A stretch of 64,000 nt of DNA. It comes from Candidatus Bathyarchaeia archaeon. Its GTDB lineage: Archaea > Thermoproteota > Bathyarchaeia > TCS64. The notes below the pieces were generated by a model, which was given only the letters and a program-made list of their open reading frames with translations, ran no database searches and was not told the DNA's origin. The stretch spans positions 64,001-128,000 of the forward strand of contig JBEKDF010000002.1 in assembly GCA_050014495.1 (NCBI GenBank), read 5' to 3'. Numbering within the stretch: position 1 is the stretch's first letter; each line of letters opens with the position of its first letter. The translations under genes were made by a program, and so were the position numbers. Below are positions 39,609 to 50,213 of the stretch, piece by piece.

Positions 39609-40610
39609 ATGGTTAAGGTCGCAATTAATGGATTCGGTAGGACGGGCCGCCTCGCGCTTAGGGCGGCGTTAGAGAGGGGCTCAGAGCTCGAGTTCGTCGC
39701 GGTTAATCGTGGCGACGCTAAGCTTTTGGGGCATCTGCTGAAGTATGATAGCATCCATGGGAGGACACCCTTCCCCGTTGAGGTGGATGGGGACACCATA
39801 GTGGCCGCGGGGAAGAGGATCAAAGTCCTGAATGAGTCGGATGCTGAAAAGCTTCCATGGAGGGACCTGGGTGTCTGGCTGGTCATCGATGCATCGGACA
39901 AGTATAGGGATAGGGACGGCGCTAGCAAGCACCTGAAGGCCGGTGCTAGTAAGGTCCTCGTTGGCGCGCCTGGGAAGAAACTTGATGCCACTATAGTCCT
40001 CGGAGTCAATGATGACACATACGATTCATCGAAGCATAACCTCGTCAGTAACGCGAGCTGCACCACAAACTGCGTCGCGCCCGTTGTCAAGGTACTCAAC
40101 GACCGCTTCGGTATCGAGTCAGCGATGGTCTCAACTATCCACGCTTACACAGGGAGCCAGATGCTCCTCGACCGTGCGGATAAGGATCTCCGAAGAGCGC
40201 GCGCAGCAGCGATGAGTATAATCCCAACAACCACGGGCATGACTAGCGCTATCGGGGAAGTTCTCCCAGAGTTGAAGGGGAAAATTGACGGCACGGCCTT
40301 CCGTGTTCCGACCCCGGATGTGAGCTTAATCGATGTCTCTGCTGTCCTTAAGTCAAAGCAAAGCGTTGAAGATATCAATGCCGCCTTCAAGGAGGCTGCA
40401 ACTGGCAATATGAAGGGCATACTCGCATACGACACCGAGCCCCTCGTATCAGTCGACTATATTCACACCCCATACAGTGCAATAGTTGACGGCACTTCTA
40501 CGATCTCGAACGGTAGCATGGTCAAGGTTGTGGCTTGGTATGATAACGAGTACGGGTATAGCTGCAGGATGATAGAGCTGGCCGAGAAGATGGCCAGTTA
40601 CGCCAAGTAG
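39609..40610 (+). CDS. gap: Class I (bacterial-type) GAPDH
   Basis: INGFGR, NASCTTNC, DLRRARAA, WYDNEYGY. Confidence 0.95.
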   Translation: MVKVAINGFGRTGRLALRAALERGSELEFVAVNRGDAKLLGHLLKYDSIHGRTPFPVEVDGDTIVAAGKRIKVLNESDAEKLPWRDLGVWLVIDASDKYRDRDGASKHLKAGASKVLVGAPGKKLDATIVLGVNDDTYDSSKHNLVSNASCTTNCVAPVVKVLNDRFGIESAMVSTIHAYTGSQMLLDRADKDLRRARAAAMSIIPTTTGMTSAIGEVLPELKGKIDGTAFRVPTPDVSLIDVSAVLKSKQSVEDINAAFKEAATGNMKGILAYDTEPLVSVDYIHTPYSAIVDGTSTISNGSMVKVVAWYDNEYGYSCRMIELAEKMASYAK

Positions 40611-40613
40611 TAT

Positions 40614-41696
40614 TTATCGTGTGATCCTAAGCCTCTTCATTTTCTCGAGGTTTTCGGGTTTCTTCTCGAAATATGTTCTTACTGGTTCAAGGAGTTTGAC
40701 CATAGCCTCTGCAGTAGCGGTTTTGAGGTCCATAGGATGTAATTTTCCCTCGGAGTAAGTCTTGGCGAGTTCTTCATAGCTACCGAATGAGATGTCTCCG
40801 CCGAACTTAGCTGGGCGTATAACCTCTAGTTTCCCGAGTTGGGGAAAGACTATCATTCGGGTATGCTCGAGGACTGGGTTGCCCTCAACCTGCTTCGGTG
40901 GGCAGAATGCCTCCTTATACTTGGCTCTTATGTCTGCAGGTTCGTCGTTCACCCAGATGGCACCCTTGGCAACGCTCTTTGACATCTTCATGGAGATCGT
41001 TTTGTTAATTTCCTCGTCCTCATCGAAAGCACCCTTGATTGTAGTGTCCTGGAGTCCGGGGAGTAGCGAATTGTGGAGGCATACGGGGACTTTGAAGCCT
41101 AGTTTTGGCGCAATCTCCCTAGCAAGCATGTGAACTTTCCGTTGGTCCATTCCTGAGCAAGCAGCGTCGAGATTCATTTGGAATATATCACTCGTCTGGA
41201 GAGCAGGGTAGAGAACCCAACTCGACTCAACATCATCTGCATCGGCGCTCCGCCCCATTATGGGCATCGCTCTTAGAGCCCTCTTCATGGTCGTAGCCTT
41301 CATGACGCGGACAACCTTTTCCCAGTAGTCCTTATGGCTCACTATGTCAGAGGCCCAAAGATACTCGACCTTACCTGGGGGAAGTCCGAGAGCAGTGAAG
41401 CAGTCCTTGAAGTACTCAGCACCAGCACGTATGTTGTCAAGGTCGCCGCCAAGTTTGTTGTTGATCCAGCCATGCCACTCAGCGAGATAGATTATAAAGT
41501 GAAAACCCGCGTCGGCGTAGTCCTTCATCTTTTTCCCCACGATGAGGCCTGTGCCTGCATGCATCATACCACTCGGTTCGAATCCAACGTATCCGCGGGG
41601 GTGATCATTAGTCTCAAGAAGGGTTCGTAACTCCGCGGGAGTGATAATCTCCTGCAGGTTCTGGGTAACTAGCCTGAAGCGGGTCTCGGTGTCCAT
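40614..41696 (-). CDS. tyrS: Tyrosyl-tRNA synthetase (archaeal type)
   Basis: YVGFEPSG, HAG, GMDQRK, KMSKS, LHPMDLK; start at MDTETRF. Confidence 0.96.
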   Translation of the reverse strand: MDTETRFRLVTQNLQEIITPAELRTLLETNDHPRGYVGFEPSGMMHAGTGLIVGKKMKDYADAGFHFIIYLAEWHGWINNKLGGDLDNIRAGAEYFKDCFTALGLPPGKVEYLWASDIVSHKDYWEKVVRVMKATTMKRALRAMPIMGRSADADDVESSWVLYPALQTSDIFQMNLDAACSGMDQRKVHMLAREIAPKLGFKVPVCLHNSLLPGLQDTTIKGAFDEDEEINKTISMKMSKSVAKGAIWVNDEPADIRAKYKEAFCPPKQVEGNPVLEHTRMIVFPQLGKLEVIRPAKFGGDISFGSYEELAKTYSEGKLHPMDLKTATAEAMVKLLEPVRTYFEKKPENLEKMKRLRITR

Positions 41697-41803
41697 CTTC
41701 TCGCCTTTGGAATCTCTCCGAGGCTCTGCTATTAAGGTTTGAGGGCAGCAGCCGATACCCACTCGGGTAAAGAGATAAGTGACATTGGTAGAGCATCAAT
41801 GAG

Positions 41804-43291
41804 TTGTCTAGGAGAACATCCGGCAAAAAGATGCTAGATCCAGCCTCCCTAGTATATGCACCCGCATCAGTCATGGCTAAAGCCATCGCGAAGGGTAGTA
41901 TCACATCGCTTGCAATAACCAAGGAAATTTTGCATCGGGTCGATGTTTACAACCCAAGGCTCAACGCGATAGTCACCCTTCGAACAGAAGATGCTCTAAG
42001 GGAAGCGAATGAAGCCGATGAGGTCTTCAAGACAGGTGGTCCAATCGGTCCTCTCCAGGGGGTACCAATCACAATCAAGGACTGCTTCGAGATGAAAGGG
42101 GTTAGGACCACTGCAGGAACTAAGACCCTCGCGGACTACATCCCCGATAGAGACGCTGCAGTGGTCGAAAGAATGAAGACAACGGGTGCCATTATCATAG
42201 GCCACACGAACGTTCCAGAGTTAGCTGCAGACTGGCAGACATACAATTCAGTGTTCGGAACAACCAACAATCCGTGGGATCTGATGCGAACTCCCGGTGG
42301 ATCAACGGGGGGAGGTGCTGCCGCCCTCGCTGCTGGAATGACCTTCCTCGAGATTGGCAGCGACATCGGTGGTTCGATTAGGGTTCCCTCCCATTTCTGT
42401 GGCCTTTACGGACATAAACCAAGTCTAGATGTGGTCTCAACCAGAGGACATATACCACCATTACCTGGTGCATCTTCGAGCTACCCTGCTTTCAGCGTCG
42501 CTGGTCCACTTGCGAGGAGCGCATGTGACCTAAGGCTCGCTCTGGAAGTTTTGGGCGGACCAGACTATGGTCTCGAGAAGGCCCTAAAATGGAGACTCCC
42601 GCCTCAGAGGAAGCACACACTCAGGGAGTATCGCCTTGGATGCGTGATAGATGACCCATTGTGTCGTACCTCATCTGAGGTTAGGGGGCCCTTGGAGAAG
42701 TTAGTGAGAGGGTTAAAGGAGGAGGGAATCGATATCGCGACTGGTTGGCCTGAAGGCATCGAACCTAAGCGTCTCTTCGATGATTATCGATATATGCGCT
42801 ACGCCTCTGGGGCAGGGGGACTCAGTAGCGACCAGATAAACGAGCGCCTTAAGGCGGAGCCAATAAATGATGGCTCTGACGAGTATGCGGCGGCACAAGC
42901 CTACGCGTCGACGGTAAAGGAGTTCCAAGATGTGATGGCGAGGACAGCGCAGGCAAAGGATGCTTGGCGCGACTACTTCAAGGGAGTGGATGCCCTTCTC
43001 GTCCCCGTAGCGTTCGTCCCAGCCTTCCCCCACGATCACAGAATGCCCCTGAAGAATAGGGTCCTCCAGCTATCCGAAGGTCCGAGGAGGTATCAAGAGC
43101 TGCGTTTCTGGATTTGCTTCGCTACACTCTGCGGACTGCCGTCGACAGTAGCTCCAATAGGCTTAACGAGCACTGGATTGCCTGTTGGGATACAGATTAT
43201 AGGGCCCTTCATGGAGGACGCTACATCTATCGATATAGCTGAGAAGCTCGGGGATATCGTAGGTGGATTCAGACCGCCTCCTGGCTTCTAA
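41804..43291 (+). CDS. Amidase-signature enzyme
   Basis: GVPITIKD, PGGSTGG, GSDIGGSIRVP. Confidence 0.93.
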   Translation: MSRRTSGKKMLDPASLVYAPASVMAKAIAKGSITSLAITKEILHRVDVYNPRLNAIVTLRTEDALREANEADEVFKTGGPIGPLQGVPITIKDCFEMKGVRTTAGTKTLADYIPDRDAAVVERMKTTGAIIIGHTNVPELAADWQTYNSVFGTTNNPWDLMRTPGGSTGGGAAALAAGMTFLEIGSDIGGSIRVPSHFCGLYGHKPSLDVVSTRGHIPPLPGASSSYPAFSVAGPLARSACDLRLALEVLGGPDYGLEKALKWRLPPQRKHTLREYRLGCVIDDPLCRTSSEVRGPLEKLVRGLKEEGIDIATGWPEGIEPKRLFDDYRYMRYASGAGGLSSDQINERLKAEPINDGSDEYAAAQAYASTVKEFQDVMARTAQAKDAWRDYFKGVDALLVPVAFVPAFPHDHRMPLKNRVLQLSEGPRRYQELRFWICFATLCGLPSTVAPIGLTSTGLPVGIQIIGPFMEDATSIDIAEKLGDIVGGFRPPPGF

Positions 43292-43379
43292 CGAATAATT
43301 AGCTGAACAGCGATTTTGGTTCCTTTTTTCTTAGCACATTTTGATGTTGTCTTATAATTTAATGGCGTGATGGTGGGCG

Positions 43380-43571
43380 GGGCGTCCCTGTCCCTCACGA
43401 CAAACACACAGCATCACGGCATGGAGCCAACGCTCCGCTCAGCTGAGCTCTCTCAAATCGTGAGGAGTCCGACGCCCGAGCCCTGCCCGCCTGTCCCATG
43501 ACTGGGTAACCCCGTCTTCACAGGTGACCCTCCGCGGAGTCCGTCTGCATGGTGCGTCGTCTCTGCGGGCA
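43380..43571 (-). ncRNA. Candidate two-hairpin box H/ACA guide RNA
   Basis: Two hairpins each followed by ACA; K-turn in hairpin 2; pocket of hairpin 1 complementary to the archaeal 23S H69 consensus; TATA-like ATATAAG upstream. Confidence 0.72.
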
Positions 43572-43759
43572 ACCACTACTCGATCCCGGGGGCTTATATC
43601 CTTACATATTCTCCGAAGCTGGGTGTTACAACTTTGTAAGCACCCCTGTTAATTGAAAAAGAAGTGGAAAAATGGATTTTTTGATTTTTATGTCGATTAT
43701 TGACCTATTTTATAGGTTTAAAGCAATTATTTTTAATATAAAAACGGTATTTTTAACTC

Positions 43760-46291
43760 ATGTCTACTAAGATTCCTTCTCCTGAGGAGTTTTTCGGTCA
43801 TGAAGTAGGTGCTGATAGAAAACTCCTGCGTTGGGATCGGATTGTTGAGTACTTCAACGCACTCGGAAAATCACCTTGTGTGCGGGTAACGGAGCTAGGA
43901 AAATCTACTGAGGGAAACCCGTTCATCCTCGTAGTAATCACCGCTCAGGAGAACCTGAAAAGGCTCGAAAAGATTAGGGAGATGAGCTGGCGGGTCGCAC
44001 ACCCAAGGGGCGTCCCCGCAGAGGAAATCGCTGGCATCATCACTGAGGGAAAATCCGTTGTGGCGATGACGATGAGTATACACGCCACGGAGGTGGGCGG
44101 CACCCAGATGGCTCCCGAGCTCGCTTACGAGGTTGCTACAAGCCCAACTTTCGAGGAGGTGCGCCAAAACGTCGTACTTCTCCTATTCCCCTGCTTCAAC
44201 CCAGATGGGCAGATCATGGTCACGGACTGGTACAACAAGTACCTCGATACGGAGTACGAGGGGAGTAGTCCGCCTTGGCTCTACCACAAATATGCTGGTC
44301 ACGACAACAATCGAGACGCAATCAACCTCAGCATGGTGGAGAGTCAAATGGTGGCCCGTGTCCTCTACGGAGATTGGTACCCACAGGCATACATAGACTA
44401 TCACCACATGGGGAGCTACGGTGCTAGGTTCTATATTCCTCCCTTCAGCAACCCCATCGACGATCAGGTTGACCCCCTGGTATGGACGGAGCAGGAACTC
44501 TATGGGGGAATCATGCACGTAATGCTGGAGGTCGCTGGAAAGACGGGAGTAGAGTCCGCAGCCACTTACCCTGGAGAATTCATGCCCACATTCAACTACG
44601 TCCCCTGTTGGCATAACATCTGCGGCATGCTCACCGAGTCCGCGAGCGCTGGAATAGCAACTCCCATTTGGATCCATTACCACCAACTCAAGCCAAGTAG
44701 TCGTGGGCGACCAGAATATAGGACTCAGATGGGCTTCCCACACCCCTGGCCTGGAGGATGGTGGAGGCTCCGTGACGTGGTCGAGCAGCAGAAGATAAGT
44801 GCATTTGCTACTCTGATTGCAGCCTCCAGGTTCAGAGAGACCCTCCTAAGGGACATGCATATGAAGTCGACCCACGCTTTGGAAAGGGGACTCAGCGAGG
44901 CACCATACGCATTTATCGTTAAGACCGAGCAGCACGACGAGCTGACAACTTACAAGCTACTCAAGACTCTTATGGACATGGGGGTAGAGGTCCAGAGGAG
45001 CCAGAGGGAGTTCAACGCCGACGGCGTCACCTACCCCCGTGGCACCCACGTCGTCTTCGCATCTCAGTCCTGCAGACCATATATAATCAGCCTACTGAAG
45101 AGAACCTTTTATCACTTAGGTCCTTGGACGCGGAAGCCCGATGGGACCCCACTAACACCATATGACCTCGCCACCTATACTATACCCGAGTTCATGGGTG
45201 TGAGGCTTCACGAAGTTGAGAAGCCCTTTGATGGTGCATTCGAGGCTGTACCGAGCCTCAGGTTCCCACGGGGTGATGTCGCCATCCAGGCTCCTAATGG
45301 CTGGCTACTCGATACACGGATCAACGATGGCTACGCTGCCGTGAACAGGTTGCTAAGGCGCGGCGTGAATGTTAGGAGGCTAACTGCTGACGTGCAAATA
45401 GGGGAGCGCATGCATCCGGCTGGGACGTGGCATATAGTGGGTGAGGATGCACGCGAGGAGCTGGAGAAGATATCGAAGCGTTACCACTTAGTCTTCGAAG
45501 CTGCCCCAGAGATCGAGTTGAATGAGAGGCCCATACACCAGCTCAGGATAGGGATCTATCAGCGATTCTATGGCGGAAACACAGATGAGGGATGGACACG
45601 GTGGCTTCTAGAGCAGTACAGGTTCCCGTACAAAACTCTGATTGACAAGGACATCAAGAGGGGTAGACTAGCAGACAAGTTCGACGTCATCATCCTTCCC
45701 TCCGACCACAAGAGTATGATAACGGGCGACGGCATAGAGGAGTTCTACGAGAAGAGGTGGCAGGGCTTCATGACAATGCCGAAGTACCCACCTGAGTATA
45801 GGAGCGGAATCGGGAAGGATGGGGTTGAGAAGCTAAGGGACTTCGCTGAAGCTGGAGGAACCCTCCTGTGTCTAGGGGAATCGAGCGACTTTGCCATAGA
45901 GGAGTTGAAGGTCCCCGTAAAGAACGTGCTCGCAGACATCAAGCTCACCGACTTCGTCTGCCCCGGCTCGACGCTTCACGTCAATGTCGATTCTACCAAC
46001 TCATTAGCATGGGGTGTGCAGGAAGACCTACTCATCATCTTCCGTAGCCATGGCGCCTTTGAGGTGAAGCCTGGGAGCCGAAACGATGAGTACGGCGTAG
46101 TACTCAGTTACCCCGAAGATCATATAATGGAAAGCGGATGGCTGCAAGGGGAAGATAGGCTTTCGCGGAAAGCCGCGATGGTGGAAGCGAAGATGGGTAG
46201 GGGGCGCGTCATTCTGTATGGATTTGCCCCCCAGTACAGGGCGCAGACTGATGCAGCCTTCAAGCTCTTCTTCAACCCCCTTGTCGGCTGA
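43760..46291 (+). CDS. M14 zinc carboxypeptidase family protein with C-terminal GATase-like domain
   Basis: IHATE, NPDG, DNNRD, DYHHMG, DEGWTRW. Confidence 0.9.
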   Translation: MSTKIPSPEEFFGHEVGADRKLLRWDRIVEYFNALGKSPCVRVTELGKSTEGNPFILVVITAQENLKRLEKIREMSWRVAHPRGVPAEEIAGIITEGKSVVAMTMSIHATEVGGTQMAPELAYEVATSPTFEEVRQNVVLLLFPCFNPDGQIMVTDWYNKYLDTEYEGSSPPWLYHKYAGHDNNRDAINLSMVESQMVARVLYGDWYPQAYIDYHHMGSYGARFYIPPFSNPIDDQVDPLVWTEQELYGGIMHVMLEVAGKTGVESAATYPGEFMPTFNYVPCWHNICGMLTESASAGIATPIWIHYHQLKPSSRGRPEYRTQMGFPHPWPGGWWRLRDVVEQQKISAFATLIAASRFRETLLRDMHMKSTHALERGLSEAPYAFIVKTEQHDELTTYKLLKTLMDMGVEVQRSQREFNADGVTYPRGTHVVFASQSCRPYIISLLKRTFYHLGPWTRKPDGTPLTPYDLATYTIPEFMGVRLHEVEKPFDGAFEAVPSLRFPRGDVAIQAPNGWLLDTRINDGYAAVNRLLRRGVNVRRLTADVQIGERMHPAGTWHIVGEDAREELEKISKRYHLVFEAAPEIELNERPIHQLRIGIYQRFYGGNTDEGWTRWLLEQYRFPYKTLIDKDIKRGRLADKFDVIILPSDHKSMITGDGIEEFYEKRWQGFMTMPKYPPEYRSGIGKDGVEKLRDFAEAGGTLLCLGESSDFAIEELKVPVKNVLADIKLTDFVCPGSTLHVNVDSTNSLAWGVQEDLLIIFRSHGAFEVKPGSRNDEYGVVLSYPEDHIMESGWLQGEDRLSRKAAMVEAKMGRGRVILYGFAPQYRAQTDAAFKLFFNPLVG

Positions 46292-46394
46292 TCACTATAT
46301 ACCTCAATACATTTTCTCCAATCATCATAACTTTCATTCGCATCGAAGACGTTTTATAGGAATACCCTCTTTGCTTCAAGGATAAGTGGTTAAT

Positions 46395-47564
46395 ATGAAT
46401 GTAAACAAATTCGCGAAGAAGGAGTTGCTCGCAATGGCAGCCGGCTCCTCTACTCGTGTGAACGTCGCCTTTGATCCTAAACTCATAAATCTTGGTGCCG
46501 GTGACCCCGACTTCAACCAGCCCAACATAATCAACAAGGCTGTATTCAATGCGATGAAGGAGGGTCACACTCACTACGAGTTCACTGGTGTCCCCGAGTT
46601 CAAGAAGGCTATCGCCAAGTACTATGGGAAGTATGGAGTGAAGATCGACCCTGATACCCAGCTCTGTATCGAGTCAGGTGGTAGCCAGGCTATCTTCCGC
46701 GCCTTCGGAGCCCTCCTCAACCCCGGTGACGAGATAATACTTCTCGACCCAGCGTATCAGGGATACTTCTCCCCCGCCTCCTACTTCGGCGCTACGATGG
46801 TTCGTGCTCCTATGAAGAAGGATAAGAAGGGCATCTTCAGGCCAGATGTCAACGCCATTGCCAAGGCGTGCACACCCAAGACGAAGGCGGTGATGATATG
46901 CAGTCCTGATAACCCGACTGGCGCAGTTTACACGGAGAAGGAACTCAAGGCTCTCGCAGAGGTCTGCGTCCAAAAGGACATCATTTGCATCAGCGACGAG
47001 ATCTACACCGAGTTCATCTGGGGTAGAAAGCCCTTCATCCCGACGATGAAGATCCCCGGCATGGAAGACAGGACCCTCGCACTCATGAGCTTCAGCAAGA
47101 CCTTCGCATGGACTGGCTGCAGGGCTGGCTACATCATCGCGAGCCCGGAGCTCATGAAGTTGATACAGGAGGTACCGATTGGTATCATCGGTATGCCGGT
47201 TCCTTTCCAATATGCTGGTGCTGTTGCCCTTGAGAAAGGTTGGGGCTTCGTCAAGAAGATGAGGAAGGAGTACAAGAAGAGGATTGACTTCAGCGTAAAG
47301 AGGCTGAACGAGATCAAGGGTATTACGTGTCCATATCCTGAGGGTACCTTCTACGTCTTCCCAGACATCAGTGCCATCGGTATGCCCAGTGTAAAGTTCG
47401 GTCAGGAGCTCTTCCTACAGGAGAAGCTCCGTGGCGCACCTGGTACTGGTTACGGACAAGCCGCTGAGGGACACATAAGATTCGCCCTCGTTGACAATAT
47501 GGAGCGCCTAGAGGACGCTTGGAACAGGGTAGAGCACTTCGTCAAGAAGAACGGGAAGAAGTAA
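46395..47564 (+). CDS. Class I/II PLP aminotransferase
   Basis: GDPDF, PDNPTG, SDEIY, SFSKTFAWTGCRAG. Confidence 0.93.
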   Translation: MNVNKFAKKELLAMAAGSSTRVNVAFDPKLINLGAGDPDFNQPNIINKAVFNAMKEGHTHYEFTGVPEFKKAIAKYYGKYGVKIDPDTQLCIESGGSQAIFRAFGALLNPGDEIILLDPAYQGYFSPASYFGATMVRAPMKKDKKGIFRPDVNAIAKACTPKTKAVMICSPDNPTGAVYTEKELKALAEVCVQKDIICISDEIYTEFIWGRKPFIPTMKIPGMEDRTLALMSFSKTFAWTGCRAGYIIASPELMKLIQEVPIGIIGMPVPFQYAGAVALEKGWGFVKKMRKEYKKRIDFSVKRLNEIKGITCPYPEGTFYVFPDISAIGMPSVKFGQELFLQEKLRGAPGTGYGQAAEGHIRFALVDNMERLEDAWNRVEHFVKKNGKK

Positions 47565-47648
47565 TCTTCCCATCCTCATTTAATTGGATTCTAAGTACGG
47601 ATCTTAGGTTTGGTAAGGTATTTATTTTCATTTATTAATCTATCAAAG

Positions 47649-47897
47649 ATGGATCCGAATCCGCCGAGACCTGCTTTTCAAATATTAATTTTACTTCTAA
47701 TTTCCATAGAAGTTTTTGCGGTAGCTTTAGGGAACGATGTTCTGCTGGTAGCTGTTTTAGTGCTGATTATTATCGTGGCCTTCTATTGGTTTAGATATAC
47801 TAGATCTCATTCGCTCAAGTCTAAATATCGTCCTAAGAATGCGACTCCCAAGGAGGATTGGAGGGGGACGACGGATAAGAATAATAATCCCCTTTGA
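47649..47897 (+). CDS. Small two-TM membrane protein
   Basis: Two hydrophobic helices followed by a basic tail. Confidence 0.5.
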   Translation: MDPNPPRPAFQILILLLISIEVFAVALGNDVLLVAVLVLIIIVAFYWFRYTRSHSLKSKYRPKNATPKEDWRGTTDKNNNPL

Positions 47898-47936
47898 GGC
47901 CTTCGTAATGGTTTTTAGGAAAAACTAGCTCGCGGG

Positions 47937-49385
47937 CTAGTCCTTGCCCCTGTTCTTTTCAGCGTAGGCCTTCGCTAACTCGAGTGGGGGCTGAATCTCG
48001 TTAGGGATGGGGGAAATGTATTTCTTCCCTGTTAAGCGTTTAGCGTGTTCCTCATTCGCCTTTTTCACAATCTCGGGTTTAGTGAGAAGATCGAGTACTG
48101 TACCAGCAGTTACCTTACTGCCGAAGATGAGGCTCTTATGGCCAAGGCCCATGGCGCCACAGGCGACCCACTGCCAGCTGTGAGCGGGACTACCTAGAGG
48201 GTATGCAGCAGTGTTGTACTCGACGGCGGGAACGACCCAACTCACGTCGCCTACGTCAGTTGAGCCAGCGCTACAGTAGTCCTCGCCGTAGGGGTCGAGG
48301 ACGTCGTCCGCCATCTCCATGTCGGCATATCTTTCCCAGGTCGGTACCTTCTGCCTCTTCATGTCGTCGATCTTAACCTGTCTGTCTAGGTCGGCGTTGA
48401 TCTTCTTGGCGAATGCAAGCTCCTCAGCAGTGTGCTGGGGAGCTCCAATCTCCTTCATGTTCGCCGTGATAGTCTCGGCTACCGTCTTGTTTGGAATGAG
48501 GTTGTAGAGGCCCATTATGAACTCGACCTTTAGAGTGGTTTCGGTCATCAGCGCGGCTCCCTCGGCGATCTTTATTATCCTCTTGTAGATCGAGTCCAGC
48601 TGATCTCTCTGAGGGGCGCGGATGTAATACCAGCTCCGCGCGTAGTCTGGGACGACGTTTGGCTGACCTCCCCCCTCTTCGATGACGTAGTGGAATCGGG
48701 CTTCCTGGATGACGTGCTCGCGGAGGTAGTTGACGCCTACGTTCATCAGCTCGATTGCGTCGAGAGCGCTCCTACCTTGCTCGGGTGAACCGGCAGCGTG
48801 GCTGGTCTTCCCGTAGTAGTGGAACTTGACTCCGTTGACTGCGGTACTGCTGCCAATCGTCGCTGCATTGATTGAGTCTGGGTGGTGGCTGATGACAGCG
48901 TCGACGCCATCGAATAGTCCGGCACGGACCATGTAGACCTTGCCGACGAAGTTCTCTTCAGCGGGGGTACCATAGAACTTGATTGTGCCATTGATATTGG
49001 CCTTTTCCATCGCGTAGCGCGTGGCAATCGCCCCAGCTACACCGCTAGTTCCATGGATGTGGTGCCCACAGCCATGCCCCGGAGCCCCCTCTATTAGAGG
49101 CACCTTCTCGGGGACGACCTTGTTGCTGATCCCCGGTAGCGCGTCGAATTCACCCATTATGCCGATTACGGGTTTTCCGCTCCCCCAGGTGGCTATGAAG
49201 GCGGTGGGCATACCCGCCACACCTGACTCAACCTTGAAGCCGTGCCTCCTCAGCTCATCCTGGAGTAGCTTAGAACTATTCGTCTCGGTTAGCCCGAGCT
49301 CCGCGTAACCCCAAATCGTGTCTGCTACCTCTATTATCCTCTTCTGGTTCTGGTCTATCCAGTTCCACGCAGTTTCCTTGACCAT
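47937..49385 (-). CDS. M20 amidohydrolase, AbgB-like
   Basis: GEFDALPG, HGCGH, PAEE, GSTDVGDVSW. Confidence 0.92.
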   Translation of the reverse strand: MVKETAWNWIDQNQKRIIEVADTIWGYAELGLTETNSSKLLQDELRRHGFKVESGVAGMPTAFIATWGSGKPVIGIMGEFDALPGISNKVVPEKVPLIEGAPGHGCGHHIHGTSGVAGAIATRYAMEKANINGTIKFYGTPAEENFVGKVYMVRAGLFDGVDAVISHHPDSINAATIGSSTAVNGVKFHYYGKTSHAAGSPEQGRSALDAIELMNVGVNYLREHVIQEARFHYVIEEGGGQPNVVPDYARSWYYIRAPQRDQLDSIYKRIIKIAEGAALMTETTLKVEFIMGLYNLIPNKTVAETITANMKEIGAPQHTAEELAFAKKINADLDRQVKIDDMKRQKVPTWERYADMEMADDVLDPYGEDYCSAGSTDVGDVSWVVPAVEYNTAAYPLGSPAHSWQWVACGAMGLGHKSLIFGSKVTAGTVLDLLTKPEIVKKANEEHAKRLTGKKYISPIPNEIQPPLELAKAYAEKNRGKD

Positions 49386-49626
49386 GGGTGAAAGGAAAGG
49401 GCATCGAATCTATAAGATCAACTAATCGAAAGCGCTGTCGACGGTAAGGGTTTCACCAAATCGAAACGAATAAGCTTCTGGTACTTCCCAGGGTGCCATC
49501 CATTCACGTTTGAGGTTTTTAAATACTGGATTTTATTAACCAAGTTTCGCAGCAGCGTTCTTAGCGCGCGCGCAATTTTGAGTCATCGGAAAAGGCTTAA
49601 GTTCGGCTATCTATGTGCTGGGCTAA

Positions 49627-50196
49627 GTGAGCCAATTGGGTGAGGTGGACCTCGTTTCACTGCTGCTCCTCTCTGTTGGGCTTTCTATGGATGTGCTCTC
49701 GGTATCGGCAGTTACGGGTTTTGGGATGGGGCGGATGAACCGGGATCAGATGCTTCGTCTCGCAGGTGCATTCGGGGTCTTCCATGTCTTCATGCCCATT
49801 TTGGGGTGGTTAGCCGGGGGTACGATAGAGAGCCTCATCTCGGGGTACGGCCATTGGATAGCATTTATCCTACTAGCATTCGTGGGAGGTAGAATTCTAA
49901 TCGAAGGTGTGCGTGAAGGAGGGAATGCGGATCCATCGAATATTCTAGAACTGAGAAGTCTACTTCTCTTCAGCATAGCTGTCAGTGTAGACAGCATTGT
50001 AGTGGGGGTGAGCTTCGGCCTCAACGGGGTCCCCATAGTCTTCCCCGCTTTGATGATTGGGTCGATGGCTTTTCTCTTCACTCTCATCGGGGTTGCCGTC
50101 GGGAGTAACACTGGGCATTGGTTGGGGCGGTGGTCTCAGATTGCTGGTGGGTTGATTCTCATCCTAATTGGGTTGAGGGTTTTATTCAGTCAGTGA
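49627..50196 (+). CDS. mntP: Manganese efflux pump MntP-like
   Basis: GLSMD, F..FMP.LG, AVSVDS, GGLILILIG. Confidence 0.85.
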   Translation: MSQLGEVDLVSLLLLSVGLSMDVLSVSAVTGFGMGRMNRDQMLRLAGAFGVFHVFMPILGWLAGGTIESLISGYGHWIAFILLAFVGGRILIEGVREGGNADPSNILELRSLLLFSIAVSVDSIVVGVSFGLNGVPIVFPALMIGSMAFLFTLIGVAVGSNTGHWLGRWSQIAGGLILILIGLRVLFSQ

Positions 50197-50213
50197 TTTG
50201 GGGTCTGACTCGG

